Of a DNA stretch of 64,000 nucleotides, positions 1-13,650 are shown one piece after another. Origin of the DNA: Octopus sinensis (taxonomy: Eukaryota). The DNA is taken from contig NC_043018.1 of NCBI RefSeq assembly GCF_006345805.1, positions 11,408,001-11,472,000 on the forward strand, given 5' to 3'. A program made the position numbers and the translations under genes. The number at the start of each line of letters is the position of its first letter. The first letter of the stretch is position 1. The notes under the pieces are model-generated. The model was not told the origin of the DNA. It did not search any database and worked only from the letters and a program-made list of their open reading frames with translations.

Positions 1-409
1 GTTTGTTGGAGGATTTTATAGTTACTAAAATCAGAGTTTTTGGTCAAGTAGAACAAAGAAAATGTTGGACATAAGTGAAAACAAAATAAACTGGAATCAT
101 TGTTTCAGAAAAAGAATGGAATGATGAAAGAATATTTTGAAGAGGAAAAAGAAAGGTGATACAGTGTGGGAAGGAGAGGGTGAATAAGAGGAGGGTTGAG
201 AGGTGGATGAGGGGAGACAGAGGGGTGGATGAAGGGAGGGGGAGAGAGAGAGAGGTGGGAAAGAGAGTGGAGGAAGAAAGAGGGAGAGAGAGAGAGGAAG
301 GAAAGAGAGAGAGGACAGAGAGAAAGAGAGTGGAGGAAGAAAGAGAGAGAGAGAGCAGGAGAGAGTGGAATGGTTTTAAAGTATATAAAGCTGTTTATTG
401 AATACTTAC

Positions 410-580
410 TGTAACTATTTTAATACTAAGACGACCAGCAACACTGCCAGCCACAAAAGACATTCCGGCTTGGTGTTGTGCCTGAAGAATTTGGGCCACT
501 CGCTCATCTGCTGCGATTTGTTGCTCGGTAGGGTTGGAGGAGACCCGCAAGAAATCATCTGGCAGCTCACCTACCATAAC
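410..580 (-). CDS. TOLLIP: TOLLIP coding exon 2 (Tom1-binding region and start of C2 domain); gene continues past the left edge
   Basis: Translates VMVGELPDDFLRV...QQIAADERVAQILQ...AGRLSIKIVT, matching the Tollip N-terminal motifs GELPxDFLR and GRLxIxVV. Acceptor ttgaag at 581-586, donor gtaagt at 404-409; 171 nt, phase 0/0. Confidence 0.92.
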
Positions 581-630
581 CTTCAATTAATAATAATAAT
601 AATAATAATAATAAATATAACAATAATAAC

Positions 631-846
631 AATCCTTTCTACTAAAGGCACAAAGCCTGAAATTTGTGGGGGGGGGGACGACTAGTCAATTATATCGACC
701 CCCAGTGTTTCACTTAATTTATCAACCCCAAAAGGATGAAAAGCAAAGTCGACATCGGCAGAATTTGAACTCAGAATGTAGCAGCAGACAAAATTCCGCT
801 CAGCATTTTGCCCGGCATTCTAACAATTCTGCTAGTTTGCTGCCTT
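631..846 (-). mobile_element. SINE family A (tRNA-like head, core GCCTTTCATCCTTTCGGGGTCGATAAA...AAGTACCAG)
   Basis: Representative copy. Others at about 5230-5450(+), 5465-5680(+), 12137-12310(-), 15045-15370(+), 23675-23890(+), 33413-33634(-), 39207-39533(+), 42817-42900(-), 43562-43782(+), 44010-44217(+), 47008-47228(-), 56139-56363(-), 61374-61605(+), 61814-62040(-). Confidence 0.85.
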
Positions 847-1603
847 AAACAACAACAACAACAACAGCTTTATTGGCCTGAAGGGCCCAAGACATCAAGG
901 AACAGTACATGTATAAATAGAAAAACAAGGAGTTGGTGGATTTAAATCAAGTAAAACAAAGGAATCAGCAATAAGAATAAGGAACAATAACAGAAGATAA
1001 CAAATCCTCCTGGTGTTGAAACAAAAGAAATAAATAATAAAAACAAACGATCCTGAAAAGTGGAGGTGAGCCTCATTGGGTAACTCAGGGGATCCTACAT
1101 AAAACCCCCAGATTACACACCAAAGTACTATCTGCTAGAAATAGCAGCCAAATTTACCTTAAATCACACACACTACCATCTTCAAAAAGAGTGCATTAGA
1201 TAACTTAGTTGGAGATGCACTCTGAAACAGATGGTCATATCTGGAATATCTTTGATGAGTTTATTCAATCAGGATTAATGTAGGCACAGAAATATCACCA
1301 TAGCAAGCAAATCAGATTGGAATTGTGATATAACGAGAGTACAACTTCTGCACCTTAATACTACCTTTTAAAGGTAGGGGTCAATAAAGTTTCCATCTGC
1401 ATACTCCTTAAGAACAGTACCAAAACTGAGGCACAGCAGTATTAGATTTTAGGGGAAAAATTAGTCCAAAGATGAGGTCAGTTGAAATGAGGCTTAAATA
1501 CAGTTAGTGTTTAGTATCCTTAATGGTCAGTTGTGGAGGTGGAGACCAAAATAGAGAAGGTGCAAATCTAAAGAGGAGGGATTTTAGTAAAAGAATAAAT
1601 AAG

Positions 1604-1996
1604 TGCAGGCATGGCTGTGTGGTAAGAAGCTTGCTTCCCAACGACATATGGTTCCAGTTTCAGTCCCAGTACATGGTACCTTGAGCAAATGTCTTCTACT
1701 ATAGCCTTGAGCCAACAAAAGCCTCATAAGTGGATTTGGTAGATGAAACTGAACAAAGCCTGTGATGTATGTATGTGTGTACACCTTTGTCTGTGTTTGT
1801 ACCTCCACTATCGCCTGACTATGAATGTTGGTGTGTTTATCTCCGCGTAACTTAGCAGTTCGGCAAAAGAGACTAATAGAATAAGTAGTAGGCTTACAAA
1901 AAATAAGCTCTGGGGTCGATTTCTTCAACTGAAAAATCCCCTTAAGGCAGTGCTCCAGCATGGCTGTAGTCAAATGACTGAAACAAGCAAAAGAAT
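1604..1996 (+). mobile_element. SINE family B (GGCTGTGTGGTAAG A-box, GGTTCAGTCC B-box, CORE-like ACCTTGGGCAAGT, internal microsatellite, tail ...ATGACTGAAACAAGTAAAAGA)
   Basis: Representative copy. Others at about 2008-2170(+), 3045-3425(+), 9176-9560(-), 16525-17390(-, split), 18280-18455(+), 22850-23010(+), 24157-24303(-), 24925-26602(-, split), 36365-36480(+), 42655-42816(+), 56830-57225(+), 63740-63930(-). Confidence 0.85.
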
Positions 1997-3804
1997 AAAT
2001 AAAAAGGTGCAGGCATGGCTGTGTGGCAGCAAGTTTTACTTCTCAACCCCATGGTTCCAAGCTCAGTGCCACTGCATGGCACCTTGGGCAAGTGACTTCT
2101 ACTGTAACCAAAGCCTAGTGAGTGGATTTGGCAGACAGAAACTGAAAGAAGCCTAATGACTGAAACAGATACAAGGTTAAAGATCAAAAAAAAAACATCT
2201 ATTCAATTCTTCTGGATCTCTCTGTTAGATTTACTTATTAAAAGGCAGTTTAGATTTCCAATGGGGGAAAGTAAAATCTGCTGCATGCATGTTTCTTTAT
2301 ATGAATAGCAACAAGGATTGCTACTTGGTTGCTGTCGATAGTAATATAGAATAATAATAATAATATACAAGAGAAAGGAATGATAAATAAGTTGAGAGAG
2401 AGAGAGAGAGAGGAAGAGCAATGAGAGAGAGGGAGGAGTGCATGCATTAGCAGTCAGGTACAATAGAGTTAGTGACCTAATAATGTTGGTTGAATATGAA
2501 TGCGGTGGTGTACATGTTAGAGATGAGTGCAGTGGTGTACGTACAGCTGAGGCAGATGATTAATATCAACATGGGAACAATACGAGGCACATGTTTACGT
2601 CAATGTCTTTCATTAAACAACAATATAACAATGTTGTTTGTCATAATAAGGATTCCTATTCTCATGGCATTTGAGTGGGTGCAGATGGCAGAGAGAAACA
2701 GGTGAGCTGATGTGAAGCTCAGATGAACAAGCAGACCTACAATCAAAGGCATTCCAACCATAGCCATCCAGCCTTCATTTCAGGTAGTCGTATATATAGG
2801 ATTATATTACCAATATGTCCTTCCATTTCTTTTAAAGAGGAATGGTAAAATTTAAAGGAGATTCAGCTGTTATCTCTTGTAGATCAAGACAGCCATGTAG
2901 CTATTTCTTTGGTTCATCAGATTAAATGTTGTCTAGGATGATGATATAGGAAGTTGTGACATTCACACTTTTCCCAAAAGCAGTTAACACAATGTCAGCT
3001 GTTTGTCTTTGTGAAGACAATAATAACAATAACTTTCAGAATTAGAATGACTGTGTGGTAAGAAGCTAGTTTCCTAACCATCTGGTTCTGGGTTCAGTCC
3101 TACAGTGTAGAACCTTGAACAAGTGTCTTCTACTACAACCCCAGGTCAACAAAAGCCTAGTGAGTGGATTTGGAAGACAAAGACTGAAAGAAACCTGGTG
3201 TGTATGTGTGTATTTTGCCCCCCCCCCCCACTACTTGACAGCTGGTGTTGGTGTGCTTACATCCCTGTAACTTAGCAGTTCAGTAATAAAGACTGATAGA
3301 ATAAGTATCAGGCTTAAGAAATGCAAAGTAAGTACTGAGGTCAATTCATTCAGCTAAAACTTCTTCAAAGCGGGTGCCCTAGCATGGCCACAGTCTAATG
3401 ACTGAAACAAGTAAAGGATAAAGGATTGGTAAGTTCCACAAATGTGAGGAGGAAGAGGATAGAGTCAATTCTAAACCCCATTCCTACAGTACTTTTTTGG
3501 ACTGGTGCTTTATTTTATCAATAAGACTAAATTGATCTGAGCAGAACTGACTTTGCCATTGTTTTCATTTCAGGGTTTGTCACCAATGCAGGATTCAGAC
3601 ATCATCTAAAAGGGCTACGGCTGAAAGCATCATAAACTGCAGAGGCCTCAAATTAATTAAAAGGCATCATCATAATCATCATCAACAAGATTCTTTCTCA
3701 GAAACTTACATAAGAATATTCTGTAGTAGCTGTTCAGTCAGTAGGGCATGTGGACTGCTCAAGGCAACATTTAAGGGTGGTGAAGAGACAAGCATATGTG
3801 TAAT

Positions 3805-4024
3805 CCCTTAGCATTCAAACCAGCCATAGCTGGCCTAAACAGTCAAAACCAGTTCAATATAAAACTGGCCAGATCTTATCTTTCACACCTATCCTACAAT
3901 GTCTTTCTAAAATTAAGCAATCACATCATGAAAATGTCGTAGCTACAAGGTAATGCATGATTAATTCAAAACAATGCAGATAAATAAGCATTGCATTTGA
4001 GAGAGTAATCTGAATGCTAAAGGG
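3805..4024. mobile_element. piggyBac-type MITE
   Basis: TIRs CCCTTAGCATTCA / TGAATGCTAAAGGG followed by TTAA; same family as 49801-50016. Confidence 0.7.
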
Positions 4025-4147
4025 TTAAAACATGTTACATATAAGGAAGAGAGTGGCCAAAACCCCTGCCACTGTATTCAGTCACCACAAATTCACACAA
4101 TGCTGGGTTGTATCAAATCAAATTACAATGTTGTATATACTTGTCAA

Positions 4148-4463
4148 GTGGAGGCGCAATGGCCCAGTGGTTAGGGCAGCGGACTTGTGGTCGGAGGAAC
4201 GTGGTTTCGATTCCCAGACCGGGCGTTGTATGTGTTTATTGAGCGAAAACACCTAAAAAGCTCCATGGCAGGGGGTGATGGCAACCCCTGTTGTACTCTT
4301 TTGTCCCAACTTTCTCTCACTCTCTCTTCCTGTTTCTTGAGTAACGCTGCGATGGACTGGTGTCCCGTCCAGCTGGGGGGAACACATACGCCACAGAAAC
4401 CAGGAAACCGGGGGCCCATGAGCCTGGCTAGACTTGAAAAGGGTGATGTTTATAGTTATTTTC
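4148..4463 (+). mobile_element. SINE family C (tRNA-derived head GTGGAGGCGCAATGGCCCAGTGGTTAGGGCAGCGGAC), full-length with 13-bp TSD
   Basis: A and B boxes present; ATATACTTGTCAA duplicated at 4135-4147 and 4464-4476. Other copies at about 9629-9825(+) and 21415-21725(+). Confidence 0.85.
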
Positions 4464-6204
4464 ATATACTTGTCAAAACATTTGACAGTGAAAATATGAA
4501 CAAAGAAAAATAAAAAAATAAGCAAAAATATAAATGAGAGAGAGAGAGAGAGAGAGAAATCTGATAACTTCAGTAGAAATATTTACTAACTTTATCTAAG
4601 ACATGACATACCATTTTTTCTCATTAGATAACAAAAGTGACATCCCCAAATGTCAAACATCCTATGACTGCTGTTGTTTATTATTCATGTCGAGATAATG
4701 TTACAATGTATGGCCTCAAGCTCTTTACATTCTAAGTCCAAATCCAACTGAGGTTAGCTCTGCCATTCATCCTTCCCAACTTCATAAAATAACTTTACCA
4801 GTCAAGTACCGAGGCAGATGGTAACAACTAACACCCCCACCTCTCCTCAAAATTATTGCTCTTGTACAGAAATCATAAACCACTGATCATGTCTTTATTT
4901 TAATTGATGTTATTGTTTAGCTCCAGGTCTGGGCTGATTACGAAGCCCTATGATCAAAGATACTCCATACAAGACCATCCTGTCTCATTTTTTTTTTTAG
5001 TCATTATATCTAGTACTAAACTCTGCAAAGCATCTGTCTCCCTCTGCTTTGTTTAGTCAATAACTAGAGCATGATAAAAGAAATTTGGTTGCTATTTCTG
5101 GCAAATCATGCAATCACATTGAGGCTCACATGTTGTCTCGTGATAACCTATATAAGGAAATGACGAAATCTATAACAACAGATATGAAAGGTCAATGTTA
5201 TTTGTTGAATTATTATTAGAATTATTATTCGGGCAATGAGCTGGCAGAACCATTAGCATCCAAGGCAAAATGCTTAGAAGCATTTTGTTCATTTTTACGT
5301 TTTGAATTCAAATCCCACCAAAGGTCAGCTTTGCCTTTCATCCTTTCGGGGTCGATGAAATAAGTACCAGTTACACACTGGGATTGATGTAAAAGACTAG
5401 ACCCATCCTCAAAATTTCAGGCCTTGTGCCTATTGTAGAAAGGATTATTTTAATAACAATTATTAAGCTGGTGGCAGAATCGTTAGCATGCCAGGCAAAA
5501 CACTTAGCGGCATTTTGTCCATTTTTACATTCTAAGTCCAAATTCTGCCAAAGTTAACCTTGCCTTTCATTCCTTTGGAGTTGATAAAATAAGTAGCAGT
5601 GGGGCACTAGGGTCGATGTGATCAACTTCACTTCTCCCCCGAATTTACTGGCCTTGTGCCAAAAATTTGAAACCATTTTATAATAATTCTGCTTCTTCCT
5701 CCTTTCTGCTTGATCAGTTGAAGGGGAAAACAAAGAGCGAAAGAAAAAGGAGAGAAGAAAAGAGGGTAAAGCAAAGAGTGAGAGAGAAAGAGGGAGACTG
5801 CTGTGCATAATGTATATAAAATGTATATATAAAGTGCATTAAGTAATCATTGTATTCCAATTTCCTTCGCTTTCCAATGATTAGCAGATGAGCGACTATC
5901 TTCCAATACAGACACAACACAGGCGCTAAGCTCTCAGGTTTTTAGCATAAAGTTTTCAGAAATAACCCAATTAGTTTACTATTAATGCCATGAAATATTT
6001 ATGGGTCCCACTAGTTATTCTAATTATTATTATCATGATGACAGATTGGTAGAACTGAGAGAGCAGCAGACAAAAAAGTTGTGCTGTATTTAGTTCCAAT
6101 TCTTTGTTTTGATTTCAACTTCACCTTTCCTCTTTTCAAGGCTCAACAACACATGGAGGTCAGAGCAATAGATCATATTACCCCTCTGAATGCAAGGCTT
6201 TGTA

Positions 6205-6780
6205 CAGGGTGGGGCAGAGAGGATGGATGTTTTTGAAATGGCTATTACTCAGCCCCAGGGGGAGGGACATATGTCTGACAGGTATCAAAGAATAACGAGT
6301 CTGTCATAGCAGCTCAGCATGAGTTTCAGAGTCACTTCAACATAATGGGTGGGAACAAGATTGTTCTCACCCATAACACGATCTTATGTTGGGTGAATGC
6401 ACTTCGTACACAAAGTACACTAATGAATAGGAGACTGGTGGAGGCACCACAAATGGTACGGACCCCAGAAAATGTGGAATACGTCAGACGAGCTTTAATA
6501 TGGAGCCTGAATCACTCTGCTCGGAAGCATTCCACTGAACTTAACATTGGTAATCGATCAGTAAGGCGTATTTTGTATGACAAACTGTATTTCCACCTGT
6601 AGAAATCGGTCATTGGGCAACAGTTGAAACCATGGGACTAGGTAGAGCAGCTTAACTTCACACGTCAGATGGAAGCAATTTTTAAGGCAAATGACAACCT
6701 CATTTTGTTAACAAGTGATGGAGCTCATTTTCATGTCGTTATTGGGCTCTTGAAAATCCAAGAAAACTGCGTAGGACTAC
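6205..6780 (+). mobile_element. Tc1/mariner-superfamily transposase remnant
   Basis: TA-CAGGGTG terminus; RTPENVEYVRRAL...SARKHS...RSVRRIL (HTH region) and LLTSDGAHFH (SDEAHFH-like first Asp motif); contains stops. Confidence 0.75.
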
Positions 6781-8289
6781 GTAACGACCTTTTAACCCTA
6801 GGAAAACATCTTTTCCAGCTGGTCATTGACAAACAATCTAGCTGTTTTATTCATTACGAGATCAGTGACTGTTTGCCACTTCTATATTTATATACTGTGA
6901 GTAGGGTCAAGTAAGCTGAGCCTACTCACTGAGGACAGGAAATTACACAGAAACCATTGGTCTCTTGGTACTTCTAGTGGCTAGACGGGAGTAGTACACT
7001 CCTTTACAGTATATTTCAGAGACAGATCATGAATCGATATTAAGTTAGTATGGGCTGTAGTTGGAGGTGGAGTTGAAGCAATCATGCCACGTATAAATCA
7101 CTTGTATTGGTACCATGTAAGAAGCACCATGCTGATGTCAAGTAAAAAAAACACCTGTGTTGGTGCCATGCTGGTGTTGCGTATAAAGCACTGGAACTGG
7201 TACCAGATAAAAAATACCCAGTACACACGGTAAGGACGTTGGTGTTAGGAAGGGCATCCAGTCATAGAAACTATGCCAAAACAGATGACTGGGGTCAGAT
7301 GCAGCCCTCCAGCTTGCCTGCTCCTGTCAAACCATCCAACCCATGCCAGCATAGAAAATGGACATTAATTGATGATGATGATGATGATGAAAGGTGAAGT
7401 AAAAGACAACCAGGTCTAGTGGGAGGCAACCAAGATAAATCAACAATACCAAAAGGTATTTTCAGTTGACATACCGATACATACATCTAAAAGTCTTACA
7501 TATAGTTCCCATCTACCATATTTCACTTAAAAGACTAATCCAACTCTATGGTAAAAACAGCCACAGAATTTCAATCATATTTAGGGTCACACGGTTGCAA
7601 TGCAAATGTCATACCCCACTTTTAGAAGCACTGACCGAGAACTAAATAAAACCAAGGTACAGAATAATCATGATGGAAACTTCAAATCTTTGTATATGTC
7701 TTTCTCACTTGAACAGAACTACCAATAATAATGGTAGTTTTGGAAACACCAACTCATTGCTCTCCTACAATTGCAACAAGCAATTCTAAAAATGCCTTTT
7801 CATTTGAATGCTTACAAGTAATCCTAATGATAAACAATGGCCCAATGTCTTTGTTATGCTTTGTGTTATTAATTACAAGGTTTTGTTTTACTTGTGAATT
7901 ACTGCTCTTTCTTTTGTTGTGCAGTGAATATAATAGCATTAAACATTCTGTATTGTTTTAATTGCAATAAGTAGAATTAGGAGATCACAAGATCTCATAA
8001 TTCTACTTTTTGCATACTTGCTTACTTATTACAAAAGTGGAAAAGTGTATCTAAAGTATGACACTTAACTATTCCCTGTGCCTCAATTTACATTGGAATC
8101 ATCCACTAAAGATGGTAAATTCCTCATAAAATATTAGGTTCACCCAAAAATATAATCTGGATGGGAAACTAATTTTCCTGTCTTTTATCATGAAATTACT
8201 CTGTTTTAAAGTAGCATTACATACACGTTGTGTCACAACAGGGCACAGGGTAGTTAGCAGGATAATACAAGTGACAAAACATAAGGATC

Positions 8290-8820
8290 ATCCTGCAAGC
8301 CCACGCAATATGCATCAGCATTTTCAGGACGCCATGGCAACAGTAACTCAATTTGGTGAATGTGATCTGTTCCTGACTTACGCAAAATGTGCAGAAATTG
8401 TAAATAACAGCCGAAAGAAACTTGAAAATTGCCCTGATTTAGTTCCAAGAGTGGACAAAATTCATCTCTCAGAACTTCTGACTGATATCAGAAAAAGCAA
8501 GTTCTTGGCATCCCAGTAGCTCATGTACATCTTAGAGAATTTCAAAAACAAGGCTTGCCACACTGTCATATGCTTATAATTCTGAAGAATGAGTTCATAA
8601 TAAGAAACAGTGAAGATACTGACAGGTTAGAATCTGCAGAGAAACCAGATGAGGATGAAGACAGAACTTTGCATGAGACTGTGAAGAAGTTTATGATACA
8701 AGGTGCAGGTGGGACTGAGAACCTCTCCCTGCATGGAAAATGGAATATGCTCAAAAAGTTACCCAAATCACTTCAGCAAGAAACAAAATCCAACATACAT
8801 GGCCATCCTGAATATCACAA
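8290..8820 (+). mobile_element. Helitron Rep (HUH) remnant
   Basis: QDAMATVTQFGECDLFLT, CPDLVPRV, EFQKQGLPHCHMLIIL (EFQKRGLPHxH motif 2) and LHETVKKFMI; frameshifted. Confidence 0.85.
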
Positions 8821-9570
8821 TATATATTCATTTCAAAGTAAGAAACTGTGTGTCTCATTCGCAATGACTGTGAGGAATTATTGGCTCCTTCATTGTTATT
8901 AATCTTGTTGAGAAAAACTTGTGGTTAGATAATGGGATTATGTCGGATTACTTATTTAGATGTTTTGGCCCTTAGGATTTAAGGATAAAGTATGATTCCC
9001 TTACACACAATTTATATTAACACTAAAGTGGTGAGCTTTGGACAAGACTGACCATTCAAGATGGCAACTCACATTCTCACTCTTCACATTATATATATGG
9101 AAGGCCAATGTGGTGGAGTTAAGATATCTGGTGTTCGAGAATATGTATATGTGTAATATATGATATTCTATTCCTTTTTCTTTTGTTTCAGTCATTTGAC
9201 TGTGGCCATGCTGGAGCACCGCCTTTAGTTGAACAAATCAACTCCAAGATTTGTTCTTTTTAAGCCTAGTACTTATTCTATCAATCTCTTTTGCCAAACT
9301 GCTAAGTTACAAAGATGTAAACACACCAACATCGGTTCTCAAGCAATGATGAGGGAACAAACAGACACACACAAACATATACATGTATACACATATATAT
9401 GACAGGCGTCTTTCAGTTTCCATCTAGCAAATCCACTCACAAGGCTTTGGAAAGTCTGAGGTAATAGTAGAAGACACTTGCCCAAGGTGCCACACAGTGG
9501 GACTGAACCTGGAACCATTTGGTTGTTAAGCAAGCTAATTACCAAACAGCCGGACCTACAGCTATAATAT

Positions 9571-9614
<44 letters not shown>

Positions 9615-12479
9615 TATAATACATAAATGTGGAGGTGCAATGGCCCAATGGTTAGGGCAGCGAACTTGCGGTCGTGGGATCAAAGTTTCGATTCCCAAAC
9701 CAGACATGCTTATTGAGCGAAAACACCTAAAGCTCAATGAGGCTCCAGCAGGAGGTGGTGGCGAACCCAGCTGTATTCTTTCACCACAACTTTCTTCCTG
9801 CTTCTGTTGTACCTGTATTTCAAATGTATATAATATATAATACAAATAATTAGAAAATGGATGGGAATGATTTCATTTGTACAGCATCCAGGGCACTTTT
9901 TGAACACTGGTGCAGCTTAAACTGTTAGGAAAAAATCTCACATAGCTTTGGTCAGCTGGGATGATAGTAGAAGCCCATAATGCCATACGGGGGGACTGAA
10001 CCCATGTTAGAAAGCAAGCTGCTAAACCACACAGCCATGCCAGCATCTGTTCTGCCTATACTGTCATTTAAATGATATTTATCTTTTGATGATGAGGATG
10101 CATGGCCGAGTGGTTAGGTTGTTGCACTCATGATCAAGAGATTGTGGTTTCAATCCCTAGATCAGGTAGTGCATTGTGTTCTTTAGCAAAACACTTCACC
10201 TCACATTGTTCTGCAATCACTTTGACACCTGACACGCGGTACACTGTGCACCTGTTCAGCTTGCTCATCATGTGACCCAGCACCAAACATTAGGGCACTA
10301 TCCTAATTTATTCTCCTAACATGGAATGTAGCTTAGCCATCATTTGAAACTGCTGGTGTCTTACTCTGTATTACATACACATCTTATCCCTGGCACCCCG
10401 TTTCACCGCCTTGAATTGAATCCCAATTACTAACGATATCTTAATTAGGAAGTAGAGATGAATGTCAGTGAGCACAGGAATGGTGAACAACTGAAACACG
10501 ACGCAAACACTCGACCAGGAGGGAAAGAGTCCAAAAACCAAGTTTGTCCATTGGGCCCGTGCCGCCCCCCAACAGAGAATTACTCAGAGGCCTGGATGCA
10601 TTATTCAACATTAGTCATTACATCTTTGTAGAGCAAGAAAAGCATTCCTGGACTATCTGAGAGTGTTTACCGAGGAAATCTGACAAAGAATCCTGAAAAC
10701 AAGGAAATACTAGAAAACTCTCCTTTCTTACTAAGAGATTATGTTGATGCCCGTATTGGGTTTTTTTGTCTTTTTCGTTTTTCTGTCTTCTACGCAATCT
10801 CTCCATCCTGCCGATCTCTGTTATCTGTTCTACTTTTGTCATGCAAAAAAAGCATTGAGTATCCCCTGCTTGAAAGTATCTCCGTCGCTGCTACCGTTGA
10901 AGAACACATTATTCCATCTTTGAAGCAAACAGCAATATCACTGTCGCTTTCGAGGGCAGCGAAACCACAATGCTACCGACGTAGTCTCTTACACGGCCGC
11001 TTCACATGCTAGAAACAGAAGCTAAATATCCCTTAACACACCACCTCTTTTTAAAGAACGAACTGTACAATAAACAGATCTCCACCTCTAAAGAGACGGA
11101 TACATTAGGGCAAGGAAATATTCAACTACAGACCTCACCTGAGGCTAAATAACAAACGATATTTCTTACATGGACACACGAGACGTTAGAAGAGAGACGA
11201 GGCCAACGGGGGGGGGGGGAGAAATTGGAGACGTTCGTGTTTTAGCGGCATGAGAGAAATAATGATGATTATTAACTGCGGAATTGGAACCAGATTGTCT
11301 TCCAAACACGGTTGCAAAGACTGTAGCAATATTTTTGAACGGGAATTTACAAGAAACTAATTCCTGTATTATTTATACAGATAACGAAAAGATGACCAAT
11401 GTTAACGAATTGACAACAAAATGTTGCGGCTGCGATCGTTCGAGAATAATTAATAACTCGTTATTAGCATATTAAAAGCTTAATCTAAAAACCTTACGAA
11501 CACGCATTACTATCATCATATAGTTATCGATATTGCATATTACTACTACTTAGATTTGGGTTATGAATCCCTTTCGAAAAAAAAGAAATAAGCGAAGAAA
11601 CAGTAATCGGAAATGTTTTAGTCTGATAAACAAGTGGAAATGAATAATTGTTGATAACAAAAGACAAAAAAGAAATTTCTTGACAACATTGAAATTATTT
11701 AATTTAATGAACGGCATAGGGTCGTAAGATAAGGATCACCACCACTGGGCCCAGGAATGAAAACTTAGGGGGTCTGACACACACATCGTAACATTCAAAT
11801 CTATTTTTTGCCCATTTAAATAGTAATATTGTGCTGTGATGTGTATTTATCCATTCATTCTTCGTCTGAGAAGGATGGCCTAATGACAATTAAGGAGATT
11901 TTCATTATTATTATTATTATCAATACTATTTTAATTCATTTTTAGCCTCAGGATACAACACCAAATGCCAGCAGTATCACGACCATCACCGACTATTTCA
12001 ACCAAAACAACTAATTTTTAAAGAAAATAAACATACAAATTATGGCCAGTGTTTAAAAAAAAGACAAATTGAAATTAAGGTTATTATTCTGGGGTGACGA
12101 TGAGTTAAAAAACAAGGATATAATAATGATGATGATGGTTTCGAATTTTGCCACAAGGGCAGCAATTTTGAGGGAGGTGATGAGTCGATTATAATCGACC
12201 CCAGTGTTTCACTGATACTTATTTTATCGACTCCGAAAGGATGAAAGGTAAAGTCGGCCTCGGCGGAATTTGAACTCAGGACGTAAAAACGGATGAAATG
12301 CCGCTAAGCATAATAATAATAATAATAATAAAATCTTGGCGGGAGTAACAAGTTGTCTGCTGTCCAGGAAATCAACAAGTCGCATGGCGATCGTAGCTGC
12401 AGTCCCTTCAACACTGACTTCTCTTGGGTCTTTTTTTTTTCGTAAGAAAGGGGTGACAGTAAAATACATGCAAACAAGG

Positions 12480-12559
12480 TGGTTTTTATGTGGTCATTTG
12501 ATCTGCTAGAAAGAACAGCCAAATCTCCCTAAAATCACACCCTACCGTCATGGGAGGGG

Positions 12560-12603
<44 letters not shown>

Positions 12604-13650
12604 GTAGTCCCCAGTTTTCACACCTCACGAGGTTAACAGTAAAATATGCTTGTCCAACACGAGCAATCAGAGCCTGTATGTGCTTGGATAATCTGCTAGA
12701 AACACTAACCAATTCTTCAAATCATACCCTACAGTCTTGGAACCAAAAAGGAAGGACACATCTCATAATGTAGTCCGTTGCTTGGCACCACCCCTTCACC
12801 CCTACCCCTAAAAAACAAAACGATTGCAGTGAGGATGCTTGATCGAGGCTCCTTCGTTGTTGTTTCTGTAGTCATTCGACCTGCTAAAAACAGCAGTCAA
12901 ACACCCCACAAAACAAAATAAAAAAGGCAACACATTAGATATTGTAGTCTCTTATATGTCGTAACGCATATCATCTTTTCGACCACCACTCATCTGGCTC
13001 TCAACAACAACAACTACCAGTGGCAGATAATTACATTATTTAGTTTCGTTCCTCCTTCTTCCTGGTTTGTTTGTTGTGGGCAGAAGATTCTTCCTGTTGT
13101 TGTTTAGCCTCCTCGTCCAGCAGTTTCCATCACATCTTTGGTGAGGCTTTTCAAGAGCCTCCACAACATCAAGGAAACGAACAAAATGGGTTTTACCTTT
13201 ACCTTTTTTAAAGTATTGCCGTGTTTTCATGCTACAGGAATTACAAGTCTAAAAGAATCCCCATTTTTTTGTTTGTTTCGTTTTTACATTTTCGAACCCC
13301 ACCCACTATCCGATTCCGTGCCCTTTTTCTTCCTTTACAAGGTAGCGGTGGCTATTCCGAAACACCGCCCTGTCTTTTTGTACATCTAGGACTACATTCC
13401 CCAATGTATCCATTTCTTTATAAGAAAACAGGGTGTGGTCTGAGGGAGATTCATCTGTTATTTCTTGCACATCAAATGGCCACATAGAGCTTCCCTTATG
13501 TTGTAGCAGTTCCAAGACTCCAGCCCGTCCTTTTGTATATCAAGGGTAACATTCCTTCATGTATCCTTCTTTTTTTTTTTTTTTTTTTGAGAAGCTGAAA
13601 GATTTGACTGCTATTTATAGCGGATCAAATAATGATATAGAAAATCATTC
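12480..13650. repeat. Cluster of five partial copies of interspersed repeat family E (…GACTACATT…GATTTGGCTGCTATTTCTAGCAG…), three minus then two plus
   Basis: Shared motif also seen at about 1120-1290, 2730-2910, 4910-5130, 10960-11150, 14800-14975, 22460-22630 and 37625-37790. Confidence 0.65.

Noticed and set aside
10622-10692. Cryptic exon in TOLLIP intron 1 (ttttcag ... gtaatg)
   Set aside because: 71 nt would frameshift, the donor is weak, and there is no homology support.
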